NCBI GenBank assembly: GCA_036478295.1
Contig: JAZGDW010000048.1
Coordinates: 1-34,410, forward strand
Length of the DNA stretch: 34,410 nucleotides
From: Candidatus Krumholzibacteriia bacterium
GTDB taxonomy: Bacteria; Krumholzibacteriota; Krumholzibacteriia; WVZY01
Reading direction: 5' to 3'
A program made the position numbers and the translations under genes. Positions within the stretch are counted from its first letter, which is position 1, and each line of letters opens with the position of its first letter. The notes under the pieces were generated by a model. The model saw nothing but the letters and a program-made list of their open reading frames with translations. It was not told the origin of the DNA and searched no databases. Below are positions 1 to 9,056 of this stretch, piece by piece.

Positions 1-100
1 GGGTGGCAGCGAACGGGCGCCCGGCCGCGCGCAGCTTGCGAGCACGGACGGGCTGTTCGCTGACAGGACCCGCGCTGGCCACTGCGTGATCCTCGCTCAC
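1..100 (-). CDS. Possible 5' end of a gene running off the window (MSEDHAVASAGPVSEQPVRARKLRAAGRPFAAT...)
   Basis: GTG at 98-100 opens a frame with no stop to the window edge, co-directional with and 73 nt downstream of the glycosyltransferase. Too short to classify. Confidence 0.3.
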   Translation of the reverse strand, partial: MSEDHAVASAGPVSEQPVRARKLRAAGRPFAAT

Positions 101-172
101 TCCCGCGAACGGTCCGGAAACTGCCCCACAAGGCAGCGCTCCTTTCTCCCTGGAGGGCGTACGGCGCGCCGC

Positions 173-1729
173 TCACCGGTACTCGTACAGGACGAGGCTG
201 TGCCCGTCCTTCCTGGCGGAGAAGACCGGGCGCAGCCACACGGGCGCTTCCTGCGGATCGATCAGATAGGCGAGGTCAGGGTGGGTGGACGGCATGATGT
301 AATCCTCCGCCACCAGGTGGGTGATTCGTTCACTCTGCAAGTATTCTTCGAGCTCTTCGATGTTCTGCACCTCGAGCGGCCGGAACTCTGATCCGGCGTA
401 AAACGATACTTCCGGTTTTCTTCCCGTAAGCACGACGGAATTCGCCGCGTTGCTCTTGAGCCACGTTCCTGCTTCCTTATAGAGCACCGGCCACGACCTC
501 TTACCGAGTGAATAGTTCGTGTACGCGCAAAAACCCACCACGGCAACGACGGCGGACCACGCGAAGACCCGCCGGCTCGTCCGGTACCGGAGTTCCTCGA
601 GGCCAATCGCGCTCCACACAATGAGTGGGGTCAAGGCCGCCGCAAAGAACCGTCTCATGAGAAAAAGTGGAGATATCGCGACCGCGATCACCAGTATCCA
701 TACGCCGAACAGTGTTTCATACATCGACCGCGGAACGCCTCTCCGGTAGGCGATCCCGCTGATTGCGAGCAGCATGAGCGGCCAATACATCAGCGAGGGT
801 ATCTTGTTGAGAATGGCGCTTGGCAGGTTGCCAAGCGTTCTCCTGACGACCATCCCCGGTCGTCGGCGGATGAATTCACCGACGTGATAATTGCCCGGCT
901 TTCTCTCGCCACTTGCGCCGGTGATCGTCGCGTAATCCGAGGGCTGTACCTGGATTCCTTCCGCTTTGTAGGCATCTCGATACGTGAGATAGAAATTCAA
1001 GGCACCTTTTTCCCCGATAATCCAGCGACCTTCTGTTTTCGCCACATCGTAAAGATAGGGCATGCTCGGGACAAGGAAACCCGCAACCAGCAGAAGTGGT
1101 ACAAGAAACATCCGGAGCGTTTGCCGGCGTGCGAGCTGAAGGATTGCTCGCCCGGCCGTTACTGCAAGCAGTAAGACGAAAAAGATGACTGCCTCGGGGC
1201 GGGTAAGAAACGCGCAGGCCAGCACGATACCGGTCAGGAAAATCCCGATCGAAGCTCGCCCGTTGACGTCGCGGCAAACGACCTGGAAGCTTTGACAGAA
1301 CAAGGCCAGGGCGGTCCCCGTGAGAAAAAGGTACAACGCTTCCGTTAACAGGCTCTGTGAAATGATGACCAACCGCGGATGAACGGCCGCGACCACGGCC
1401 GCCATGATGCCCACGCGAGGTCCGGCGATAACCCTCGCAAGGAAGTAACAACAAACGACGCACCCCGCACTGGCGAGCAGCGATACGAGGATCCCGGATG
1501 CTTCGAGCGACAAACCAAGCCGGACGGGAATGCTCATCATCCACGGGTAAAACGGCGGCCAGACGGGGTCGAGGCCCCTTTCCCAATGGCCTTCGGCGAA
1601 GAAGCGTGCAACGGCTCCGTAGTAAGCGGCATCGGTGTCGATCATCTTGTAATGGAAAAGCATCAATACACGCCACAGCACGGCAAAGGCAAAGATCAAG
1701 GCCAGCTGCATTCTAGCTCCTGGTTTCAT
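173..1729 (-). CDS. Multi-pass membrane glycosyltransferase, GT-C fold (ArnT/PMT_2, family 39-like)
   Basis: 518 aa. N-terminal TM is followed by 'DTDAAYY...WPPFYP', then 'LLTEALYLF' and 'LTRPEA', about 11-12 hydrophobic segments and a soluble C-terminal domain, as in PMT/ArnT-like enzymes. Confidence 0.8.
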   Translation of the reverse strand: MKPGARMQLALIFAFAVLWRVLMLFHYKMIDTDAAYYGAVARFFAEGHWERGLDPVWPPFYPWMMSIPVRLGLSLEASGILVSLLASAGCVVCCYFLARVIAGPRVGIMAAVVAAVHPRLVIISQSLLTEALYLFLTGTALALFCQSFQVVCRDVNGRASIGIFLTGIVLACAFLTRPEAVIFFVLLLAVTAGRAILQLARRQTLRMFLVPLLLVAGFLVPSMPYLYDVAKTEGRWIIGEKGALNFYLTYRDAYKAEGIQVQPSDYATITGASGERKPGNYHVGEFIRRRPGMVVRRTLGNLPSAILNKIPSLMYWPLMLLAISGIAYRRGVPRSMYETLFGVWILVIAVAISPLFLMRRFFAAALTPLIVWSAIGLEELRYRTSRRVFAWSAVVAVVGFCAYTNYSLGKRSWPVLYKEAGTWLKSNAANSVVLTGRKPEVSFYAGSEFRPLEVQNIEELEEYLQSERITHLVAEDYIMPSTHPDLAYLIDPQEAPVWLRPVFSARKDGHSLVLYEYR

Positions 1730-1738
1730 AGAACTGCC

Positions 1739-3265
1739 TTAGAAGCGGCGTTGCCAAGAGATCCTGGCACCGGTCTCCGGTTTCAGATCGCGGGGTGTGT
1801 TGGGACGGTCGTCCTGCCACCAGATGTCGGCGCCGAATTCACCGAGCGAGGTCGGCAACGTTGCACCTGCTTGCAGGACGTGGATGATCTCGGCCGATGC
1901 GCTCACCGTGTGGCGGCTTTTCCCGGTCGGATCGGTCGCGCTGCCGCCGTCGCGGTTGACGCTGGCCCGGTGGTATCGAAAGCGGTAGGTCCCGCCGCCG
2001 CTGCCGGTCACGGAGGCGCTCAGTGAAAAGAGACGGCTGTCACCATCGAGGCTGTGACCGATGGCGTGCCCCCGGTAACGATAGCCGGTCCGGTAAATGC
2101 TGTGGTTGTATATCACGTTAAAAATCGTCGAACGGCCGTCGATGCCGTCCGCTGCGGTATCGGAGTACTCCCCGCCGAGGTGCCAGCGGCCACCGCCACG
2201 AAAAGGGCCGCCGACCGACAGGCCGAACAGGCCGAACACCGATCTGAGCCACAAATCGATTTCGTCCTCGCCGTAGTACTGACCGTACAACGCAAGGTTG
2301 TGATCCCGGATACGCAACGTGTACCGCGCTTCGAGGCCGGCGAGCTGATTGCTGGGATCGTCCCGCGTTCCTGTATTATCCGCTTCGTTGAACGGGAACA
2401 GCGCGTCGATCCACGTATCGAAATCGCACGGCCGACCTTCGCCGCAGATGATGAGCGTGCGCGTAACGCCCATCTCGAAACCGCGCACTGGAGTGGCGGT
2501 CAGGCGAACACCGACAATCAGTGGTGATGTGACCGCCCGGGCATCGTCGAGCAGGCCAACGTACCCGTTCACGCGCCAGTGACCCATCCAGCTGAGCCAC
2601 CGTGTCTCGAACGCGTCCGGAGCGAGACGCATGAACCCGAGCCTTGGAATCGGACGGGCGTTGTTGGAAAGAATCAGACTGTTCCCCCAACCGGGACCCC
2701 ACCACTGATCGACGTAGCCGCCGTACACTCCCCAGTTCCCTACGGCGTGGGCTATGTGGCCGCCGTCGGCTTTGAAATCGCCTTCCCGGCCGCCCTCGTA
2801 ACCGGCGCTCAAACGTATGAACGTCGATTTCCACCGGCGTTCGACCCACCCACGGCCGTCCAGTTCCTCACGGACGGCGCCGTCGAAACCCTGGACCAGA
2901 CGGCGGCGGCTCGCCACGGTGACGTCGTAGCCATATCGTAAGCCGGCCGCCTGCTCTTCTTGCTCCAGGCGTTCTCGAACCCTGAGCAGGCTTCGGCGCA
3001 CGTGGGCAGGTAACCTCCGGTCTGGATCCACGTGCAGCCCCTTCGAGATCTGCGCCCACGGAACCGGCCACGTGATCAAGGGACCTTCGATCATTCCGTA
3101 GTTCGCCAGCAGTTCGATATCGCCCCTCAGAGTGGCGTCTCCCACTTCCGCCCACAGCGATGCCGATACGGCGCCAGCGGCCAATCCCACGGCCAGCAAA
3201 CCCAGCGCAACCGCGAGGAGTCCGCGAGCTTTGGAGTATCCCGGCGCGGCGGGCTGATCGATCAT
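1739..3265 (-). CDS. wzi: Capsule assembly Wzi family outer-membrane protein
   Basis: 508 aa from ATG 3265. Signal peptide, 'LRGDIELLANYGMI..P..TWPVPW', 'QWWGPGWGNSLILSNNARPIP', 'SNQLAG', 'YGQYYGEDE', 'YNHSIY..GYRY.G..IGHSLDGDS' and a terminal Phe. Lies 9 nt upstream of the glycosyltransferase, so probably co-transcribed. Confidence 0.88.
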   Translation of the reverse strand: MIDQPAAPGYSKARGLLAVALGLLAVGLAAGAVSASLWAEVGDATLRGDIELLANYGMIEGPLITWPVPWAQISKGLHVDPDRRLPAHVRRSLLRVRERLEQEEQAAGLRYGYDVTVASRRRLVQGFDGAVREELDGRGWVERRWKSTFIRLSAGYEGGREGDFKADGGHIAHAVGNWGVYGGYVDQWWGPGWGNSLILSNNARPIPRLGFMRLAPDAFETRWLSWMGHWRVNGYVGLLDDARAVTSPLIVGVRLTATPVRGFEMGVTRTLIICGEGRPCDFDTWIDALFPFNEADNTGTRDDPSNQLAGLEARYTLRIRDHNLALYGQYYGEDEIDLWLRSVFGLFGLSVGGPFRGGGRWHLGGEYSDTAADGIDGRSTIFNVIYNHSIYRTGYRYRGHAIGHSLDGDSRLFSLSASVTGSGGGTYRFRYHRASVNRDGGSATDPTGKSRHTVSASAEIIHVLQAGATLPTSLGEFGADIWWQDDRPNTPRDLKPETGARISWQRRF

Positions 3266-3336
3266 CGGGTTCTCGTTGAATGGTTGGGGATCAAAAGGGA
3301 GATTCACTCGCAACCGCGGCTTTCGCGTCCGCCAGC

Positions 3337-3365
3337 ATCTTATCAGGGAACCCCCCCCGAGTCAA
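3337..3365 (-). promoter_or_regulatory. sigma70-type promoter for the wzi-glycosyltransferase operon
   Basis: Minus strand TTGACT (3365-3360), 17-bp spacer ending TGa (extended -10), then TAAGAT (3342-3337). Confidence 0.6.
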
Positions 3366-3441
3366 AAGCCAAGGCCGTGGCAGTCGACCGCTCAAAACGA
3401 TACAACCAGATACCAGTGGACAAGTTACGTCATCGCGATGC

Positions 3442-3470
3442 TTGACAAACGCCCGCTAGAATGTTATTAG
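3442..3470 (+). promoter_or_regulatory. Possible sigma70-type promoter for kinase gene
   Basis: TTGACA (3442-3447), 17 bp ending TGt, then TATTAG (3465-3470). The last -10 base is non-consensus. Confidence 0.45.
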
Positions 3471-3566
3471 GTAGACAGACAGAGAACCGCTTCGCGTGGA
3501 TTTTATCTCACCCGCACGGACTCCACACCCTGACGCGGAGTCTCGCCACCCGTTACCGTTATTCTT

Positions 3567-5705
3567 ATGGAAATGATTGGTCGAACAGTACGGCACTATA
3601 CGGTCAGCGAGAAACTCGGCGAGGGCGGCATGGGGGTTGTTTACAAGGCCGAGGACAGCAAGCTCAAGCGTGCCGTCGCCTTGAAATTTCTGCAGCCGCA
3701 CATTTTCAACAGCGCCGAGGGAAAGACCCGCTTCATCCATGAAGCGCAAGCGGCGGCGGCTCTCGACCATCCCAACATCTGTACCATATACGAGATCGAC
3801 GAGGCGGACGACCAGACTTTTATCTCCATGGCCCACATAGAAGGTGAAAGCCTGCGGGAGAAGCTGCGCAAGGGGCGTATCGAGCTGCAAGAAGCGCTGG
3901 AAATCGCCCTGCAGGTGGCGGACGGGCTGGACGCCGCACACAACAAGGGCGTCGTTCATCGTGACGTCAAGAGCGCGAACATCATGGTAACCCCGAGCGG
4001 CCAGGTCAAGATCATGGACTTTGGTCTGGCGAAATTGGCGGGAAGTACGAGGGTCACCAAGACCGGCACCACCATGGGCACGATCGAGTACATGTCGCCC
4101 GAGCAGGCCAGCGGCGCGAATGTGGATCACCGTACCGACATCTGGTCCCTGGGCGTCGTCCTCTATGAAATGGTGGCTGGCCGCCGGCCCTTCACCGGTC
4201 AATACGACCAGGCCGTCGTGCATTCCATCCTCAACGAACCAACGGCCCCGCTGGAGATGAACCTGCCCGTGGACCTGGAACGAATAACGAGCCGCGCGTT
4301 GGCAAAAAATCCGGACGACCGGTACCAGCGCGCGTCTGAAATAGCGATCGACCTGATGGCGCTCAAGCGCGAGTACGAGGCCACCACAGCAAGGGTGGAG
4401 ACACCGGTATCCATCTCTCAACTCTCCATCGCAGTGCTTCCGTTCGCGAACATGAGCGCCGACAAGGAGCAGGAGTATTTCTGCGACGGTATGGCCGAAG
4501 ACATCATCAACGACCTCACGAACGTCGAAGGCTTGCGGGTCGTATCACGAACCTCGTCTTTCGCGTTCAAAGGCAAGAACCAGGATATCCGCGAGATCGG
4601 CCGGAAACTCCGCGTGAAGACACTTCTCGAGGGCAGCGTGCGCAAGGCGGGTAACCGCCTGCGCATCACCGCCCAGTTGATCAACGTTGCGGACGGTTAC
4701 CACATCTGGTCGCAGCGCTACGACCGTGAGCTGGAGGATGTTTTCGCCATCCAGGATGAGATTTCCGAAAACATCGTTCACGCGCTGAAGGTGAAGCTGA
4801 CACCGCAGGCAAAGCGCAGCATGGAGAAGACGGCCACCAAGAACGTCCAGGCCTACGACCTCTATCTCCGCGGCCGGCAGTTCTTCTACCGGTGGCAGCG
4901 CAAGAGTATCGAGTATGCGCTCGAAATGTTCCAACGGGCGATCGAACTCGATCCGCACTATTCACTGGCCTATGCCGGAATGGCCGATTGTTACTCGGTG
5001 CTCTTCACCGATTTCGACCGCAATACGGAGAACCTCGAGAAGTCGCTCGAGACGAGCCAGAAGGCTCTGGAGCTGGATTCCGACCTGGCGGAGGCGCACG
5101 CGGCGCGCGGCTTTGCCGTCTCCTCTCTCAAGAAACAGTACGACGAAGCCGCGGCCGAGTTCGAGGAGGCCATTCGTCTGAACCCCAGGCTTTTCGAGGC
5201 GTATTATTTCTACGCGCGCAGCCTCAGGACACAGGGCAAGATGGAAAAAGCGGCGCAACTCTTTGAACAAGCCGGTCTGGTGAAACCGGAAGACTACCAG
5301 GTCCAGTTTCTGCTGGCCGGAACCTACAAGGCGCTGAATCTTCGCGCGGGCGCGGAGGCGGCATACCAGCGCGGCCTGGAGAATGCGGAACGCCACATGC
5401 AGCTCAACCCCGACGATTCCCGTGCCACCTACCTGGGCGCGACCGCCCTTATCGAATTGGGCGAACGTGAGTCGGGTCTCCAGTGGGCGACGCGCGCCGT
5501 GACGATGGATCCGGAGAATCCACTCCTCCTTTACAATATCGCGTGTGTTTTTTCGGTGGCCGGCGAGCTGGAGGGTGCGATCCGCTATTTCGACTGGGCC
5601 ATAGACGCCGGCTATGCACAGAAGGAGTGGGCGCAGGGTGATCCGGACCTCGATCCCATCCGCAGCGATCCCCGCTTCGATGCTATTCTGCAAAAAATGA
5701 AGTGA
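3567..5705 (+). CDS. Hanks-type Ser/Thr protein kinase with TolB_N-like domain and TPR repeats (no TM, predicted cytoplasmic)
   Basis: Kinase motifs LGEGGMGVVY, VALK, HRDVKSANI, DFGLA, YMSPEQ, DIWSLG. Then 'SIAVLPFANMS...YFCDGMAEDII' and 'LEGSVRKAGNRLRITAQLI', TPR helices and terminal 'DPDLDPIRSDPRF'. Confidence 0.93.
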   Translation: MEMIGRTVRHYTVSEKLGEGGMGVVYKAEDSKLKRAVALKFLQPHIFNSAEGKTRFIHEAQAAAALDHPNICTIYEIDEADDQTFISMAHIEGESLREKLRKGRIELQEALEIALQVADGLDAAHNKGVVHRDVKSANIMVTPSGQVKIMDFGLAKLAGSTRVTKTGTTMGTIEYMSPEQASGANVDHRTDIWSLGVVLYEMVAGRRPFTGQYDQAVVHSILNEPTAPLEMNLPVDLERITSRALAKNPDDRYQRASEIAIDLMALKREYEATTARVETPVSISQLSIAVLPFANMSADKEQEYFCDGMAEDIINDLTNVEGLRVVSRTSSFAFKGKNQDIREIGRKLRVKTLLEGSVRKAGNRLRITAQLINVADGYHIWSQRYDRELEDVFAIQDEISENIVHALKVKLTPQAKRSMEKTATKNVQAYDLYLRGRQFFYRWQRKSIEYALEMFQRAIELDPHYSLAYAGMADCYSVLFTDFDRNTENLEKSLETSQKALELDSDLAEAHAARGFAVSSLKKQYDEAAAEFEEAIRLNPRLFEAYYFYARSLRTQGKMEKAAQLFEQAGLVKPEDYQVQFLLAGTYKALNLRAGAEAAYQRGLENAERHMQLNPDDSRATYLGATALIELGERESGLQWATRAVTMDPENPLLLYNIACVFSVAGELEGAIRYFDWAIDAGYAQKEWAQGDPDLDPIRSDPRFDAILQKMK

Positions 5706-5714
5706 AAACACGAA

Positions 5715-5751
5715 GGGCCACCCAGGTCTGATGAGTGGACGTGGGTGGCCC
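5715..5751. terminator. Hairpin between convergent genes, probable terminator
   Basis: GGGCCACCCA (5715-5724) and TGGGTGGCCC (5742-5751) form a perfect 10-bp stem with inner GTC/GAC pairs. The minus strand is followed by TTCGTGTTTT. Confidence 0.6.
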
Positions 5752-5775
5752 GGAAAATGTGTGCATTCCAAGCGG

Positions 5776-7797
5776 TTATTTGAGCAGCGTTACACGACCC
5801 GTTTCAACGGTATCACCCGCTCGCAGGCGATAGAAATACACGCCGCTGGCCTGCCCTTCCGCAGCCCACCGAAAAGAATGGAATCCACTGGACTGGGTGC
5901 CCTGGAATAAGTTCGCCACGAGACGTCCGCGAATATCAAAAACGTCCAGTCGCACCTTCAGTTGAGCGAGCAGGACATAATTGATTGTCGTAACCGGATT
6001 GAAAGGATTCGGCGCGGCGTCCAGAAGGACGGCGTCATGCTCAGAAAGAACACTAATACAGTCGGTGGCCGCGAACGAGGTCCCGTCCCGAAGCGTTCCG
6101 GTAAGTGTCAGTGTTCTCACCTCGCGGTCTGAAACCAGGCCCAGCGCCTGAACAATATCGAGCCTGCTGAATTTCAGCATTAAATCAACCTGTCCATCCG
6201 GACCGTAGGCGCTACATTCGCAATCAGCGTCCCCGGGTGCGGCGGGCGAACTCACGTCCTCGTAGCGCAACCGCACGGGCACTACGACGCCTTCGAGGCG
6301 CACGCTTTCCGGGTTTACGTCTTGGATGTCGAAGTTTGATCCACCGACGAGCGCAACGGGCAGCAGACTGTCGTTCCCCTGGTTGTGCTTCGCCCATTCG
6401 AGGTTGAATGGATTTTCACACGAGCCGGGCAGGATATCCATCGTGACCGGCAGGTCGGGCAAAGGCGCCTCCACAACGCCAAACCCCATCACAAAGGCGT
6501 CTCGTCCGCCGGCACTCACCTCGTCGGGCAGCGTGCCAAATGTATAACCGACGGCGTAGGTACCGGACTCACGAGCGGATACGGCCAGGCCGCCATCCTC
6601 GGTAGCCGACCCAATCTCACTGGTCCACAGCTCGATGCCATCCAGGTCAAACTTACGGACAAACGCATCGGCTCCACCCGTACTCGTTTCGCTGGATAAC
6701 CCTATACTGGTTGATCCCACCACGTATGCGCCCGAGCCGTCCACGGAAACACCGAACGCTTCCTCAACACCAATCCAGCCAAACTGGTGAGTCCATATTT
6801 CGTTGCCGTCCGTGTCGTATTTCCGGATGAACGCATCGAAATTGCCGCTGCTCACCTCGCCCGGCAAGGCCGCGGACGTGCGTCCCACCACATAGAGTCC
6901 GGACGGATGCACCGATACACCGGCGCCCAGATCATCGGCGCTCGTCCCGAACTGGTGGGTCCACACCTCGTTGCCGTCAAAGTCATACTTGCGGACAAAC
7001 ACGTCGGCACTGCCGAGGTGAATTTCGCCGGGCAACGAGTAGCCGGCTTGGCCGGTAACGTAGACACCGCTCGCGTTGGCCGTCACGGAATAAGCCCTGT
7101 CGAAACTTAACGATCCAAATTGGCGGACCCACACGACGTTGCCCGCGGAATCCAGTTTGCCGACAAACGCGTCAAAATGTCCCAAGGCGGCTTCGCCTGG
7201 CAGCACGCCGTTCGTCCATCCCGTCACGTAGATATCCCCGCTGTGCACGGCGACTCCGGACGCCTCGTCGGAATTTGATGACCCGAACTGGCGCGTCCAC
7301 GCGACGCTGCCGTCAGCGTTGTACTTGCGTACGAAAACATCGAAACTGCCCAGGTGAACCTGGCCGTTGAACTGCCCCAACGTGCTGCCAACGACGAAAA
7401 TGCCGGAGGCTCCCGTCGCAATCCCCGATGGCCGGTCGTAGCTCGACGTACCAAACTGTCGTGTCCACAGGACCGCGCCGCCGGCACTGTACATGCGGAT
7501 GAATCCATCTGCGTCCCCCGCGCTGGTCTCACCGGCCAGGCTGCCGCGCTCGATCTGACCGGCAACGAATACACCTGTTGCGCCGATGGCTACGGCGGAC
7601 GAACGCTCCGAATTCACGCTGCCGAATTGATGGGTCCAGGAGACATCCTGGCTCGCCGCGCCGGACGCCGTCGCCAGAAACAACACGGTTGCGAGAACCA
7701 CGCCCCGGCATCCATAATACGGGCGCTTGCCCGCCGGTCCGGTGGCCGTGTGGCTCGTCTGTCCTGGTAAACCTCGTCTACTGGTGATCGATTGCAT
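5776..7797 (-). CDS. Secreted SBBP-repeat seven-bladed beta-propeller protein with FlgD-Ig/T9SS-type C-terminal domain
   Basis: 673 aa from ATG 7797 (RBS CAGGAGG). Hydrophobic signal ending ASGAAS-Q, seven 'W(T/V)xQFG(S/T)...D(A/V)FV.K' repeats, a 'DILPGSC.NP' domain and a terminal 'APNPFNP...ASGVYFYRL...VTLLK'. Confidence 0.85.
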   Translation of the reverse strand: MQSITSRRGLPGQTSHTATGPAGKRPYYGCRGVVLATVLFLATASGAASQDVSWTHQFGSVNSERSSAVAIGATGVFVAGQIERGSLAGETSAGDADGFIRMYSAGGAVLWTRQFGTSSYDRPSGIATGASGIFVVGSTLGQFNGQVHLGSFDVFVRKYNADGSVAWTRQFGSSNSDEASGVAVHSGDIYVTGWTNGVLPGEAALGHFDAFVGKLDSAGNVVWVRQFGSLSFDRAYSVTANASGVYVTGQAGYSLPGEIHLGSADVFVRKYDFDGNEVWTHQFGTSADDLGAGVSVHPSGLYVVGRTSAALPGEVSSGNFDAFIRKYDTDGNEIWTHQFGWIGVEEAFGVSVDGSGAYVVGSTSIGLSSETSTGGADAFVRKFDLDGIELWTSEIGSATEDGGLAVSARESGTYAVGYTFGTLPDEVSAGGRDAFVMGFGVVEAPLPDLPVTMDILPGSCENPFNLEWAKHNQGNDSLLPVALVGGSNFDIQDVNPESVRLEGVVVPVRLRYEDVSSPAAPGDADCECSAYGPDGQVDLMLKFSRLDIVQALGLVSDREVRTLTLTGTLRDGTSFAATDCISVLSEHDAVLLDAAPNPFNPVTTINYVLLAQLKVRLDVFDIRGRLVANLFQGTQSSGFHSFRWAAEGQASGVYFYRLRAGDTVETGRVTLLK

Positions 7798-7997
7798 TTC
7801 TGCCTCCTGCGTTGCAGATGGGCACCGGTGCACGTCCACCGCTCTTGCCGGGTGAATCGTTCCAATTACTTGTGTTTATTCTAGTTACATATCAACGCGT
7901 AGCTGCTCGGACGAGATTCCTCATGGAAAAAGAAGGTAGGTGCAATGGCGGTGCCGAACACGGGGGTAGGTGGCCAACGGCGGCATACTCGAAACAC

Positions 7998-8207
7998 CTC
8001 CTTCTGGGGCGTTCGCGGGCAATACCTCGATGACCACGGGACATCTTCTTCATCAACGCGACGACCGGAGAGACCCTGGGCGCTCTTAGCGTAACGGGGG
8101 AATCGGGTGGCACGGGCCTGTCAGGTGGCACAAGCGAGGCCGTCTTGAAAACGGCGGAAACGATAGCTCAGATTATTTCCGAGCATTCCGAACGGATGAG
8201 TGGTTGA
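7998..8207 (+). pseudogene. Frameshifted 3' remnant of a gene, resembling the DUF4410-like lipoprotein C-terminus
   Basis: Correcting two single-base shifts in G runs (8006-8009, 8038-8040) gives LLLGAFAGNTSMTTDIFFINATTGETLGALSVTGESGGTGLSGGTSEAVLKTAETIAQIISEHSERMSG*. No 5' part or start is visible. The family resemblance is from memory. Confidence 0.5.
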
Positions 8208-8210
8208 GAA

Positions 8211-8789
8211 TTAGCGTTCGAGTGCCTCGGCTCGGGCGCTGACCTCGTCCTCCATCAGCCCGAGAAACTCGCCGAGGAGGAAACGGTAACGTTCCATGAC
8301 GTCCATCTCCCCGGCCGCAAGCACGCGCTCAAGTCCTTGTGACTCCTGGATAATGGCTTTTATGCGCTCGGTGAGCTCGGCCGTCGAAAGGGCCACGAGG
8401 TTGTCTTTCTCCTCGACCCGCCAGTCGCCTACCACGTCCAAATAGTTGGTCGGCGTCGTGCGCGCCGCCTGCGTTGTTGCCTCGGGCCGATCCACCTGCC
8501 CCGCGGCCCTCTCCCGCGCGAGTCTCTTGTTTGCCTGATCGAATTCGCGTTTCATGGCGCTGCGGACATTCGCGTTTACCGCCCAGAAGTCACGCATGTG
8601 GCGGGGGACGCGGATGTCATCCATTTCCGCCAGTAACGTGGCGAAGTCCTGCAGTTCCTTCTTTTCGCGGGCAAGTTGTTTCTTGGCCTTTGTGTATGCG
8701 CGACCGCCCTTGACCGTCTGGGCCGGCAAAATCGCGGGTGTTGCAAGAGACATAGTTGAAATGATAAGCAGGACTCTGAAGCAGCGCAT
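8211..8789 (-). CDS. Hypothetical exported alpha-helical/coiled-coil protein
   Basis: 192 aa from ATG 8789 with RBS GAGAGG. Signal peptide MRCFRVLLIISTMSLATPAILPA-Q and a charged helical mature region. Confidence 0.7.
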   Translation of the reverse strand: MRCFRVLLIISTMSLATPAILPAQTVKGGRAYTKAKKQLAREKKELQDFATLLAEMDDIRVPRHMRDFWAVNANVRSAMKREFDQANKRLARERAAGQVDRPEATTQAARTTPTNYLDVVGDWRVEEKDNLVALSTAELTERIKAIIQESQGLERVLAAGEMDVMERYRFLLGEFLGLMEDEVSARAEALER

Positions 8790-9056
8790 GGTGGGGGCCT
8801 CTCGTGTTTGAGTGTTCGCGTTGTTGGATCGTCCGAAAGCCGGTGGCTCGGCACGGGTGTTTGCCGGGTCCAAGCAAAAACCGAGCCTCAACTTCCAAAA
8901 GAAGTCGCGACGGCGAGTGCCGGCAACGCGCCCCGCCTTTCGCCTTCCCACATCCAGGGTATTTGTTTATGTTTAGCAGCATCCACTCCGGCAGCGCCGA
9001 CCTGCAGCCGGGCGGAGGAGGCGGGTACCTGTTTGTTCTAATAAGGAGGAAGTCCG

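Noticed and set aside
3456..4421. Long antisense ORFs (also 33519-34307, 28048-29385, 4962-5771, 15949-16758 and others)
   Set aside because: These are shadow frames opposite well-supported genes, as expected from high-GC codon bias.
5728..5757. Hammerhead ribozyme core (CTGATGAG ... GAAA)
   Set aside because: No stem II can form between CTGATGA and GAAA, the base before GAAA is G rather than C, and the motif sits in the loop of a simple terminator-like hairpin.
7770..7797. Tat motif 'SRRGL' in the SBBP protein N-terminus
   Set aside because: It lies about 25 residues before the hydrophobic stretch and matches S/T-R-R-x-F-L-K poorly. Sec export is the simpler reading.
8950..9050. Pho box upstream of the OprO/P porin
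   Set aside because: Only T-rich TGTTTA repeats 6 nt apart are present, not the 11-bp-period CTGTCAT direct repeats.
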